Assembly: GCF_006345805.1 (NCBI RefSeq)
Contig: NW_021835542.1
Coordinates: 1 to 34,904, forward strand
Direction of reading: 5' to 3'
Length of the DNA: 34,904 nucleotides
Origin: Octopus sinensis
Lineage: Eukaryota
Part shown: piece by piece, positions 1 through 11,469 of the stretch
Position numbering within the stretch: position 1 is the stretch's first letter
How the letters are laid out: each line of letters begins with the position of its first letter
Translations under genes and position numbers: made by a program
The notes under the pieces: generated by a model
What the model was told of the DNA's origin: nothing
The model's input: only the letters and a program-made list of their open reading frames with translations
The model's database searches: none

Positions 1-799
1 CTCAGGTTGTTTTCATGCACTTGGGACACTATTATCTCGTTTCTGGCTAACAAATGGTTGCAGCTAAATGTATACATTTTATTTATCCAATATATGACAA
101 AATTAATTTAATAAAGAGTTCAAGGCCGAAACATTGATCTAATATCCTCCAAAGGAGATATTAGTCCTTTCTCGAAAAAGTACCACTCTAGAAATGAATA
201 TTGTATGTCGTGCATTGTTACAAATTCCTAGTTTGGATCGACTAGCAGTAATCTGCATCAGGATGACCTTGTATACTGAACAGCTGAAAAAACTTGCAAA
301 ATTATATGCCAGGTCAGTTTGCAACAACTGAAGTTAAATAGACCATGTTGGGTACACTTCTTTTTGAAGTTAATGTTACTTATGTAGATATCTGCAAGAG
401 AATCTCACTGGATTCCGAGTAACAAAATATTTCCAGCAAGATTTACCCCTTTAAGAGCACCTGACTATATAGCCAGCCGAAAATATTTTTGGTTTAGACG
501 ACAACGTGAATTCACGCACATCTCATTAGTACATTTGGAAACACATTTCAGTTTGTAAATAGTTGTGTTTACACCCAACATTATTTGGTGCGATATCTGA
601 GCTCTGCGAATTTTGGGAGATATTTTTTTCTACATTGTTTTCTTTGGCAATGTTTTTCAAGTTTTAAAATGGATAACAGTTTCATGCAATCAAGCAGTGA
701 ATCTGATTGAGAAGTTTTCAACGGAAGATACAAGAAATTGAACACCATACAAGTGAAAAACAAAAGCATGTGCTGTATCAAAATGATTTAAAACTATTT

Positions 800-1640
800 T
801 TACAAACAATTTTTTCAGAAGAACTGGACCTACTCATATGTGGAGTACCAACTTCAATCCATAATTTAAAATCAGACCTGTCATCAAATGCATAAAACGA
901 CTCTACAACCCAGTACATACATGTAGTGATGCTGCTGTGTAAGGTTCAGCGCACATGCCAGAATGGGATTGCTTCCAGTTGGCCACCGGAAGTCTTCCCT
1001 GCGCATGTGCGGGGAAACTGACCCCTAAAACGCTGTTTCCTCATTCATCCTTTCTGGCCCTAACAGCCCTCGAGAACGGACGTGTACTGGCAGTCTCTGT
1101 GGAGTTCATACCAGCCAAGCAGCGAACCACGACGAATCATTTCGACCAACAAACAGAATCAGTACTACAGATTCGGCTGTCGGTTTCCCCTCCAAGAACA
1201 CGTACACCAGTCCTACATTACAACGAAAAATAAACACCATTACTTGCTGTGTTCGTAGACAACCTGACTTGTCTGTTATTTTTAAACTAAAATTGAAGGT
1301 GACGGGATCAGATCGGACACCCCTCCAGTGATACCGAATCCAATCCTGTTAATACCTATCCGTTGATAAAGGCAGAATACATTTCCTATGATATATGCCA
1401 GAAAACCACAAAGTAGGGAATCAAAGTCTGGAAGATTTGTGAAGCAAATATGGGGTACTGCTGTGGTATAGTTATAATTCAGAAAGAAGAGAAATGATCT
1501 AAGTCAGCATGGCCTAGGGCACAATGATTTGGAATTTATCACTTCCATACCATAACCAGACTGTATATCTTTTGACCAATTTTTTAGTTTAGTCAAACAT
1601 GTGTGGATATAATTGCGACACATACACATGTGCTAAGTAG
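800..1640 (+). pseudogene. piggyBac (PGBD4-like) transposase fossil, N-terminal/catalytic half, interrupted by a solo LTR
   Basis: Manual translation across frameshifts and stops gives FFRRTGP (~811), LYNP (~901), then after the LTR YLSVD-KGRIHFL*YMP, K*GIKVWKICEANMGYCC, HGLGHN, FDQFFSLV and DTYTCA (~1617-1634). These follow the piggyBac motifs SIDE..FKGR..QY.P.KP.KWGIK.W..C...GY, GLG, DNFF and CGT in order. Confidence 0.85.
922..1352 (+). mobile_element. Solo LTR (Ty3/gypsy-like), older degenerate copy
   Basis: Starts TGTAGTGATGC and ends CACCCCTCCAGTG..ATCCTGTTA(A), like the element at 16830-17601. AATAAA at 1229. It interrupts the piggyBac frame between YNP and YLSVD. The 4-bp TSD is imperfect (ATAC/ATAC or TACA/TACC depending on the boundary chosen). 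Confidence 0.7.
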
Positions 1641-1845
1641 TGACCTGGATATTGGGAATCATAAGGAAATGACACCATTGCTGGAAGCCGTCTCCGGGGC
1701 CCACACCTCGGAATTATCCATAAACTAATCATACATGGTGCAAATGTAATGCTGTCGACAATGATGGTAATAATTGTTTACCCCTCTCCATAATAAAAAA
1801 GAGAGGTTCCATTCTGAGGTGGAAACCATTCCCATTTTAGATGAG
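1641..1845 (+). pseudogene. Founder ankyrin-repeat exon fragment (5'-truncated, frameshifted); resembles octopus MIB2-like ankyrin proteins
   Basis: Reads DLDIGNHKEMTPLLEAVSGAH-LGIIHKLIIHGANVNAVDNDGNNCL.LSIIKKERFHSEVETIPILDE followed by GTAAGT. The ankyrin consensus (TPL..A...H.......L...GA.VN..D..G...LH) is clear. Indels of +2 (~1705) and -1 (~1749). The MIB2-like family assignment is from recall only. Confidence 0.8.
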
Positions 1846-4800
1846 GTAAGTTTTTAAAATTGATTTGTGAATATGTGTGTGTGTGGTTGGCATTAGGAAG
1901 GGCATGCAACCGCAGAAACTATGCCATAAGAAAATAACACCATTGCTGGAAGCCGTCTCCGGGGCCCACCTCGGAATTATCCATAAACTAATCATACATG
2001 GTGCAAATGTAAATGCTGTCGACAATGATGGTAATAATTGTTTACATAGCTTCCATAATAAAGAAAGAGATGTTCTATTCTGAGGTGGAAAAAATTCCCA
2101 TTTTAGATAAGGTAAGTTCTTAAAATTGTTTGTGAATATGTGTGTAGTTGGCATTAGGAAGGGCATGCAACCGCAGATACTATGCCATAAGAAAATAACA
2201 CCATTGCTGGACGCCGTCTCCGGGGCCCACCTCGGAATTATCCATAAAATTATCATACATGGTGCAAATATGAATGCCAACGACAATGATGGTAATAATT
2301 GTTTACACCTCTCCATAATAAAGAAAGAGATGTTTTATTCTGAGGTGGAAAATATTCCCATTTTAGATGAGGTAAGTTTTTAAAATTGTTTGTGAATATG
2401 TGTGTGTGTGGTTGGCATTAGGAAGGGCATGCAACCACAGAAACTATGCCATAAGAAAATAACACCATTTCTGGAAGCCGTCTTCGGGGCCCACCTCGAG
2501 ATTATCCATAAACTCATCATACATGGTGCAAATATGAATGCCGTTGACAATGATGGTAATAATTGTTTACACCTCTCCATAATAAAAAAAGAGATGTTCC
2601 ATTCTGAGGTGGAAACCATTCCCATTGTAGATGAGGTAAGTTTTTAAAATTGTTTGTGAATATGTGTGTGTGGTTGGCATTAGGAAGGGCATGCAACCGC
2701 AGAAACTTTGCCATAAGAAAATAACACCATTTCTGGAAGCCGTCTCCGGGGCCCACCTCGGAATTATCCATAAATTATCATACATGGTGCAAATATGAAT
2801 GCAACGACAATGATGGTAATAATTGTTTACACCTCTCCATAATAAAGAAAGAGATGTTCCATTCTGAGGAGGAGCATATTCCCATTTTAGATGAGGTAAG
2901 TTTTTAAAATTGTTTGTGAATATGTGTGTGTGGTTGGCATTAGGAAGGGCATGCAACCACAGAAACTATGCCATAAGAAAATAACACCATTGCTGGAAGC
3001 CGTCTCCGGGCCCACCTCGGAATTATCCATAAACTCATAATACATGGTGCAAATATGGATGCCAACGACAATGATGGTAATAATTGTTTACACCTCTCCA
3101 TAATAAAGAAAGAGATGTTTTATTCTGAGGTGGAAAATATTCCCATTTTAGATGAGGTAAGTTTTTAAAATTGTTTGTGAATATGTGTGTGTGGTTGGCA
3201 TTAGGAAGGGCATGCAACTGCAGAAACTATGCCATAAGAAAATAACAACCATTTCTGGAAGCAGTCTCCGGGCCCACCTCGGAATTATCCATAAAATTAT
3301 CATACATGGTGCAAATGAATGCCAACGACAATGATGGTAATAATTGTTTACATCTCTCCAATATAAAAAAGAGATGTTCTATTCTGAGGTGGAAACCATT
3401 CCCATTTTAGATGAGGTAAGCTTTTAAAATTGTTTGTAAAATATGTGTGTGTGGTTGGCATTAGGAAGGGCATGCAACCGCAGAAACTATGCCATACAAA
3501 ATAACACCATTGCTGGAAGCCGTCTCCGGGGCCCACCTCGAATTATCCATAAACTCATCATACATGGTGCAAATGTAAATGCTGTCGACAATGATGGTAA
3601 TAATTGTTTACATCTCTCCATAATAAAAAAAGAGATGTTCCATTCTGAGGTGGAAACCATTCCCATTTTAGATGAGGTAAGTTCTTAAAATTGTTTGTGA
3701 ATATGTGTGTGTGGTTGGCATTAGGAAGGGCATGCAACCGCAGAAACTATGCCATAAGAAAATAACACCATTTCTGGAAGCCGTCTCCGGGGCCCACCTC
3801 GGAATTATCCATAAACTTATCATACATGGTGCAAATGTAAATGCTGTCGACAATGATGGTAATAATTGTTTACACCTCTCCATAATAAAAAAAGAGATGT
3901 TCCATTCTGAGGTGGAAAATATTCCCATTTTAGATGAGGTAAGTTCTTAAAATTGTTTGTGAATGTGTGTGTGTGGTTGGCATTAGGAAGGGCATGCAAC
4001 CGCAGAAACTATGCCATAAGAAAATAACACCATTGCTGGAAGCCGTCTCCGGGGCCCACCTCGGAATTATCCATAAACTAATCATACATGGTGCAAATAT
4101 GAATGCCAACGACAATGATGGTAATAATTGTTTACACCTCTCCATAATAAAAAAAGAGAGGTTCCATTCTGAGGAGGAACATATTCCCATTTTAGATGAG
4201 GTAAGTTTTTAAAATTGTTTGTGAATATGTGTGTGTGTGGTTGGCATTAGGAAGGGCATGCAACCGCAGAAACTATGCCATAAGAAAATAACACCATTGC
4301 TGGAAGCCGTCTCCGGGGCCCACCTCGGAATTATCCATAAAATTATCATACATGGTGCAAATGTAAATGTTGTCGACAATGATGGTAATAATTGTTTACC
4401 CCTCTCCATAATAAAAAAAGAGAGGTTCCATTCTGAGGAGGAACATATTCCCATTTTAGATGAGGTAAGTTTTTAAAATTGTTTGTGAATATGTGTGTGT
4501 GTGGTTGGCATTAGGAAGGGTATGCAATGCGCAGAAACTATGCCATAAGAAAATAACACCATTGCTGGAAGCCGTCTCCGGGGCCCACCTCGGAATTATC
4601 CATAAAATATCATACATGGTGCAAATGTAAATGTTGTCGACAATGATGGTAATAATGTTTACCCCTCTCCATAATAAAAAAAGAGAGGTTCCATTCTGAG
4701 GAGAACATATTCCCATTTTAGATGAGGTAAGTTTTTAAAATTGTTTGTGAATATGTGTGTGTGTGGTTGGCATTAGGAAGGGCATACAACCGCAGAAACT

Positions 4801-7800
4801 ATGCCATAAGAAAATAACACCATTGCTGGAAGCCGTCTCCGGGGCCCACCACGGAATTATCCATAAAATTATCATATATGGTGCAAATGTAAATGTTGTC
4901 GACAATGATGGTAATAATTGTTTACCCCTCTCCATAATAAAAAAAGAGATGTTCCATTCTGAGGAGGAACATATTCCCATTTTAGATGAGGTAAGTTTTT
5001 AAAATTGTTTGTGAATATGTGTGTGTGTGGTTGGCATTAGGAAGGGCATACAACCGCAGAAACTATGCCATAAGAAAATAACACCATTGCTGGAAGCCGT
5101 CTCCGGGGCCCACCACGGAATTATCCATAAAATTATCATATATGGTGCAAATGTAAATGTTGTCGACAATGATGGTAATAATTGTTTACCCCTCTCCATA
5201 ATAAAAAAAGAGAGGTTCCATTCTGAGGAGGAACATATTCCCATTTTAGATGAGGTAAGTTTTTAAAATTGTTTGTGAATATGTGTGTGTGGTTGGCATT
5301 AGGAAGGGCATACAACCGCAGAAACTATGCCATAAGAAAATAACACCATTGCTGGAAGCCGTCTCCGGGGCCCACCACGGAATTATCCATAAAATTATCA
5401 TATATGGTGCAAATGTAAATGTTGTCGACAATGATGGTAATAATTGTTTACCCCTCTCCATAATAAAAAAAGAGATGTTCCATTCTGAGGAGGAACATAT
5501 TCCCGAAAATAACACCATTGCTGGAAGCCGTCTCCGGGGCCCACCACGGAATTATCCATAAAATTATCATATATGGTGCAAATGTAAATGTTGTCGACAA
5601 TGATGGTAATAATTGTTTACCCCTCTCCATAATAAAAAAAGAGAGGTTCCATTCTGAGGAGGAACATGTTCCCATTTTAGATGAGGTAAGTTTTTAAAAT
5701 TGTTTGTGAATATGTGTGTGTGTGGTTGGCATTAGGAAGGGCATACAACCGCAGAAACTATGCCATAAGAAAATAACACCATTGCTGGAAGCCGTCTCCG
5801 GGGCCCACCACGGAATTATCCATAAAATTATCATATATGGTGCAAATGTAAATGTTGTCGACAATGATGGTAATAATTGTTTACCCCTCTCCATAATAAA
5901 AAAAGAGAGGTTCCATTCTGAGTTGGAAACCATTCCCATTTTAGATGAGGTAAGTTTTTAAAATTGTTTGTGAATATGTGTGTGTGTGGTTGGCATTAGG
6001 AGGACATGCAACCGCAGAAACTATGCCATAAGAAAATAACACCATTGCTGGAAGCCGTCTCCGGGGCCCACCTCGGAATTATCCATAAAATTATCATACA
6101 TGGTGCAAATGTAAATGTTGTCGACAATGATGGTAATAATTGTTTACCCCTCTCCATAATAAAAAAAGAGAGGTTCCATTCTGAGGAGGAACATATTCCC
6201 ATTTTAGATGAGGTAAGTTTTTAAAATTGTTTGTGAATATGTGTGTGTGTGGTTGGCATTAGGAAGGGCATGCAACCGCAGAAACTATGCCATAAGAAAA
6301 TAACACCATTGCTGTAAGCTGTCTCCGGGCCCCCCCCTCGGAATTATCCATAAACTCATCATACATGGTGCAAATATGAATGCTGTCGACAATGATGGTA
6401 ATAATTGTTTACCCCTCTCCATAATAAAGAAAGAGATGTTCCATTCTGAGGTGGAAAATATTCCCATTTTAGATGAGGTAAGTTCTTAAAATTGCTTGTG
6501 AATATGTGTGTGTGGTTGGCATTAGGAAGGGCATGCAACCGCAGAAACTATGCCATAAGAAAAATAACACCATTGCTTGAAGCCGTCTCCGGGGCCCACC
6601 TCGGAATTATCCATAAAATTATCATACATGGTGCAAATGTAAATGTTGTCGACAATGATGGTAATAATTGTTTACCCCTCTCGATAATAAAAAAAGAGAG
6701 GTTCCATTCTGAGGAGGAACATATTCCCATTTTAGATGAGGTAAGTTTTTAAAATTTTGTTTGTGAATATGTGTGTGTGGTTTGCATTAGGAAGGGCATG
6801 CAACCGCAGAAACTATGCCATAAGAAAATAACACCATTGCTGGAAGCCGTCTCCGGGGCCCACCTCGGAATTATCCATAAAATTATCATACATGGTGCAA
6901 ATGTAAATGTTGTCGACAATGATGGTAATAATTGTTTACCCCTCTCCATAATAAAAAAAGAGAGGTTCCATTCTGAGGAGGAACATATTCCCATTTTAGA
7001 TGAGGTAAGTTTTTAAAATTGTTTGTGAATATGTGTGTGTGTGGTTGGCATTAGGAAGGACATGCAACCGCAGAAACTATGCCATAAGAAAATAACACCA
7101 TTGCTGGAAGCCGTCTCCGGGGCCCACCTCGGAATTATCCATAAAATTATCATACATGGTGCAAATGTAAATGTTGTCGACAATGATGGTAATAATTGTT
7201 TACCCCTCTCCATAATAAAAAAAGAGATGTTCTATTCTGAGTTGGAAACCATTCCCATTTTAGATGAGGTAAGTTTTTAAAATTGTTTGTGAATATGTGT
7301 GTGTGTGGTTGGCATTAGGAAGGACATGCAACCGCAGAAACTATGCCATAAGAAAATAACACCATTGCTGGAAGCCGTCTCCGGGGCCCACCTCGGAATT
7401 ATCCATAAAATTATCATACATGGTGCAAATGTAAATGTTGTCGACAATGATGGTAATAATTGTTTACCCCTCTCCATAATAAAAAAAGAGAGGTTCCATT
7501 CTGAGGAGGAACATATTCCCATTTTAGATGAGGTAAGTTTTTAAAATTGTTTGTGAATATGTGTGTGTGTGGTTGGCATTAGGAAGGGCATGCAACCGCA
7601 GAAACTATGCCATAAGAAAATAACACCATTGCTGGAAGCTGTCTCCGGGGCCCACCTCGGAATTATCCATAAACTCATCATACATGGTGCAAATATGAAT
7701 GCTGTCGACAATGATGGTAATAATTGTTTACACCTCTCCATAATAAAGAAAGAGATGTTCTATTCTGAGGTGGAAAATATTCCCATTTTAGATGAGGTAA

Positions 7801-9695
7801 GTTTTTAAAATTGTTTGTGAATATGTGTGTGTGGTTGGCATTAGGAAGGGCATGCAACCGCAGATACTATGCCATAAGAAAATAACACCATTGCTTGAAG
7901 CCGTCTCCGGGGCCCACCTCGGAATTATCCATAAACTCATCATACATGGTGCAAATATGAATGCTGTCGACAATGATGGTAATAATTGTTTACATCTCTC
8001 CATAATTAAGAAAGAGATGTTCCATTCTGAGGTGGAAAATATTCCCATTTTAGATGAGGTAAGTTCTTAAAATTGCTTGTGAATATGTGTGTGTGGTTGG
8101 CATTAGGAAGGGCATGCAACCGCAGAAACTATGCCATAAGAAAAATAACACCATTGCTTGAAGCCGTCTCCGGGGCCCACCTCGGAATTATCCATAAACT
8201 CATCATACATGGTGCAAATGTAAATGCTGTCGACAATGATGGTAATAATTGTTTACACCTCTCCATAATAGAGATGTTCCATTCTGAGGTGAAAATATTC
8301 CCATTTTAGATGAGGTAAGTTTTTAAAATTGTTTGTGAATATGTGTGCGTGTGGTTGGCATTAGGAAGGGCATGCAACCGCAGAAACTATGCCATAAGAA
8401 AATAACACCATTGCCGGAAGCCGTCACTGGGGCCCACCTCGGAATTATCCATAAACTTATCATACATGGTGCAAATATGAATGCTGTCGACTATGATGGT
8501 AATAATTGTTTACACCTCTCCATAATAAAAAAAGAGATGTACCATTCTGAGGTGGAAAATATTCCCATTTTAGATGAGGTAAGTTCTTAAAATTGTTTGT
8601 GAATATGTGTGTGTGGTTGGCATTAGGAAGGGCATGCAACCGCAGAAACTACGCCATAAGAAAAATAACACCATTGCTTGAAGCCGTCTCCGGGGCCCAC
8701 CTCGGAATTATCCATAAACTCATCATACATGGTGCAAATATGAATGCCGTCGACAATGATGGTAATAATTGTTTACACCTCTCCATAATAAAAAAAGAGA
8801 TGTTCTATTCTGAGGTGGAAAATATTCCAATTTTAGATGAGGTAAGTTCTTAAAATTGTTTGTGAATATGTGTGTGTGTGGTTGGCATTAGGAAGGGCAT
8901 GCAACCGCAGAAACTATGCCATAAGAAAATAACACCATTGCTGGAAGCCGTCTCCGGGGCCCACCTCGAAATTATCCATAAACTCATCATACATGGTGCA
9001 AATGTAAATGCTCTCGACAATGATGGTAATAATTGTTTACACCTCTCCATAATAAAAAAAGAGATGTTCCATTCTGAGGTGGAAACCATTCCCATTTTAG
9101 ATGAGGTAAGTTTTTAAAATTGTTTGTGAATATGTGTGCGTGTGGTTGGCATTAGGAAGGGCATGCAACCGCAGAAACTTTGCCATAAGAAAATAACACC
9201 ATTTCTGGAAGCCGTCTCGGGGCCCACCTCGGAATTATCCATAAACTTATCGTACATGGTGCAAATATGAATGCCAACGACAATGATGGTAATATTGTTT
9301 ACACCTCTCCATAATAAAGAAAGAGATGTTCCATTCTGAGGTGGAAACCATTCCCATTTTAGATGAGGTAAGTTTTTAAAATTGTTTGTGTGGTTGGCAT
9401 TAGGAAGGGCATGCAACCGCAGAAACTATGCCATAAGAAAATAACACCATTGCTGGAAGCCGTCACTGGGGCCCACCTCGGAATTATCCATAAAATTATC
9501 ATACATGGTGCAAATATGAATGCCAACGACAATGATGGCGATAATTGTTTACCCCTCTCCATAATAAAGAAAGAGATGTTCTATTCTGAGGTGGAAACCA
9601 TTCCCATTTTAGATGAGGTAAGTTTTTAAAATTGTTTGTGAATATGTGTGTGTGGTTGGCATTAGGAAGGGCATGCAACCGCAGAAACTATGCCA
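1660..9695 (+). repeat. Tandem array of 31 ankyrin-exon/donor/RTE-fragment units (~262-264 bp; 30 donors plus one internally deleted copy)
   Basis: (G/A)AG|GTAAG donors recur from 1846 to ~9618 at ~262-264 bp spacing. Repeated 81-aa ORFs in the track read ...KITPLLEAVSGAHLGIIHK(L/I)IIHGAN(V/M)N..DNDGNNCL(H/P)LSIIKKE..SE..IPILDE. Unit length varies mainly through (GT)n. Confidence 0.97.
4270..4464 (+). pseudogene. Representative open ankyrin cassette (195 nt, 65 codons) between CAG and GTAAGT
   Basis: CCGCAG|AAACTATGC...GATGAG|GTAAGT. The frame is open with phase 0 at both ends; about 17 of 31 units are open in this way. There is no evidence of expression. Confidence 0.55.
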
Positions 9696-9800
9696 AAACT
9701 GGCAATTGGTGCCTGAGCAGCTCTGCAGCTGCCCAGCTTCTACCGAACTATCCAACCCATGCCAGCATAGAAAACGAATTAAAAATGATGATGAGGAGGA
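9652..9800 (+). mobile_element. RTE-LINE 3' end (or RTE-partner SINE tail); complete version of the fragment carried in each array unit
   Basis: GTGGTTGGCATTAGGAAGGGCAT...CCAACCCATGCCAGCATAGAAAACG..ATGATGATG. The same sequence terminates the RTE ORF2 remnant at ~20590-20753. Confidence 0.8.
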
Positions 9801-10489
9801 TGTGTGTATGTGTGAGTGAGAGAAATAGAGAAACAGGCAGATATTGTTGGCTATTTTCTTTCACTCCCATCCACTTCTCTTCCTTTAGTATTAAATAGTT
9901 CAGTTTCCCCTGATAGCACTAGTTGTATTATGTAACTAACAATATTCCATCTTCTTTCACCTTCAAAAGCATGGCCACTGCACTGTAAAGAATGTAACCC
10001 ATCTTAAATATGTGTCATGTAAACACTGCTATCACTGTATGAAGGAGAGGTGACCAACGACAGAGATAAGTCTTTAAATTTAAGAAAGAGAAATTCACAA
10101 ACTGTTTTAAATATCGAATTTCAAGTTAAACGAGTTGAACTGTGTTAATTGCTAGAAAGCATACTTCATTATTCTTTTTCAAAGAAAGGAAAAGGAAAAT
10201 AAATTTGTTTATGGACAATTAAATTTAAAGAAAACATACTCATGGAATTCGAAGAAAGTTTCTTTTATCAGTATGACAATGAATATATAACTGAGTTTAT
10301 TCAAAGTTGATAATTAGGGTTCCAAATATTGCCAGGGATTGGACTGTGTGTATATTGACTACAGTAATACCCCTTGCAATGATTGTAAAGAAGGGAGATG
10401 TGAGGAGAATGAATTTACATTAAGATGTGTGCACAAAAGTGCAATGTCCCGAGATTGTATGTATGATGATGTAACTAGACAGATAGTCT

Positions 10490-10628
10490 AGAGGCCCTTT
10501 GTTACCAACAAAGATAGCTCTCTGAACTTTGCCCTGCTTAATCTTATTCTAGCAGCTATGCTCTTGGCGCATCCACCTCCACTACTGACCTGATTACCTA
10601 GATAACAGTAGCTATCAACCACTTCTAG

Positions 10629-10630
<2 letters not shown>
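10490..10630 (-). mobile_element. RTE-clade LINE ORF2 fragment (C-terminal to RT)
   Basis: The reverse strand reads LEVVDSYCYLGNQVSSGGGCAKSIAARIRLSRAKFRELSLLVTKGL, matching the RTE motif E.V..F.YLG......RI.....F..L. Confidence 0.8.

Positions 10631-10632
<2 letters not shown>

Positions 10633-10677
<45 letters not shown>
10633..10677. repeat. (TA)n microsatellite
   Basis: Directly visible. Confidence 0.95.
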
Positions 10678-10679
<2 letters not shown>

Positions 10680-11295
10680 TGAATTCGACTTATTGAGTAT
10701 ATATGTGGATGTCCGCTTGCTTTACATGGTACAATCATGGTTGATATAATTATTATTATTATTAATATTAGTGACTTTTTGTGTGGTTATACGGACTGTT
10801 AAATATATATGCCTGCTTCAAATTTAAATGTGAGTGTACATGTATTTCCTTGATGTTGGTTATAGAACTATGAGTTCAATATGGAACATTATTGTGTTTG
10901 TTAATGTATATTGATATATATTGTTTATATTGTATTATTGTGTATATATATATGTGTAGAATTATGAGTGTGTATGCACACATTTTTATATTTATATGTA
11001 AATTTTTTTCATACTTACATTAAATTCTCTGAAGAGGCCGTGAGACATTCTTGTTAATGTCTCATTTATACCTGCTTTATATGGCTAATAGGTTAAATGG
11101 GACATACCTGTCTTCACGGCCGAAACAGCTGTCAGCTACAATGTAAATGTATTTTCTATTTCTATGTCTTGTTATATTTGTAATATATTATGTATAATGT
11201 CATTACTGTTGTGTAATGGTTTAATAAAGTATTGATTGGGTATTATCTGATGGTTGATGATTGATTTAGGTATGTTTCTCCATTTTCTCATTTTG
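10678..11295 (+). mobile_element. Penelope-like element terminal-repeat (pLTR) remnant between (TA)n tracts
   Basis: AT/TG-rich segment bounded by (TA)n and containing a minimal type I hammerhead motif of the kind described for PLE terminal repeats. No PLE ORF seen. Confidence 0.5.
11027..11135 (+). ncRNA. Type I hammerhead ribozyme-like motif
   Basis: CTGAAGA (11029-35); stem II GGCCGTGAGACA/TGTCTTCACGGCC; GAAA (11122-25); C-AGCT-GTC palindromic stem III with GUC cleavage triplet (11131-33); short CT/AG stem I. Confidence 0.7.

Positions 11296-11356
<61 letters not shown>
11296..11356. repeat. Compound (TA)n(TG)n microsatellite
   Basis: Directly visible. Confidence 0.95.
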
Positions 11357-11359
<3 letters not shown>

Positions 11360-11469
11360 GTTTGAAAGACCTCAGCATCTATCCACTGGTAGATCTGATG
11401 GTGTTTATTGTCTGTTGTTGCAGAATTTAAGCAACTCTTTGATTCCCTAATATGTAACGGTCACTACAG

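Noticed and set aside
120-165. GGCCGAAAC plus hairpin as a hammerhead
   Set aside because: No upstream CUGANGA core.
1837-9562. Minus-strand ORFs (MERCKQLLPSLS...)
   Set aside because: Antisense shadows of the ankyrin unit.
1660-9695. CRISPR-like array or a cluster of ~30 independent 81-aa genes
   Set aside because: There are no unique spacers. ORF starts fall in (GT)n/RTE sequence and stops lie just past a splice donor, so the units are exon fragments.
9970-10050. Cys/His-rich potential next exon (HGHCTVKNVTHLKYVSCKHCYHCMKE)
   Set aside because: Weak AAG acceptor, spacing does not fit a RING or ankyrin continuation, and it is too short to support.
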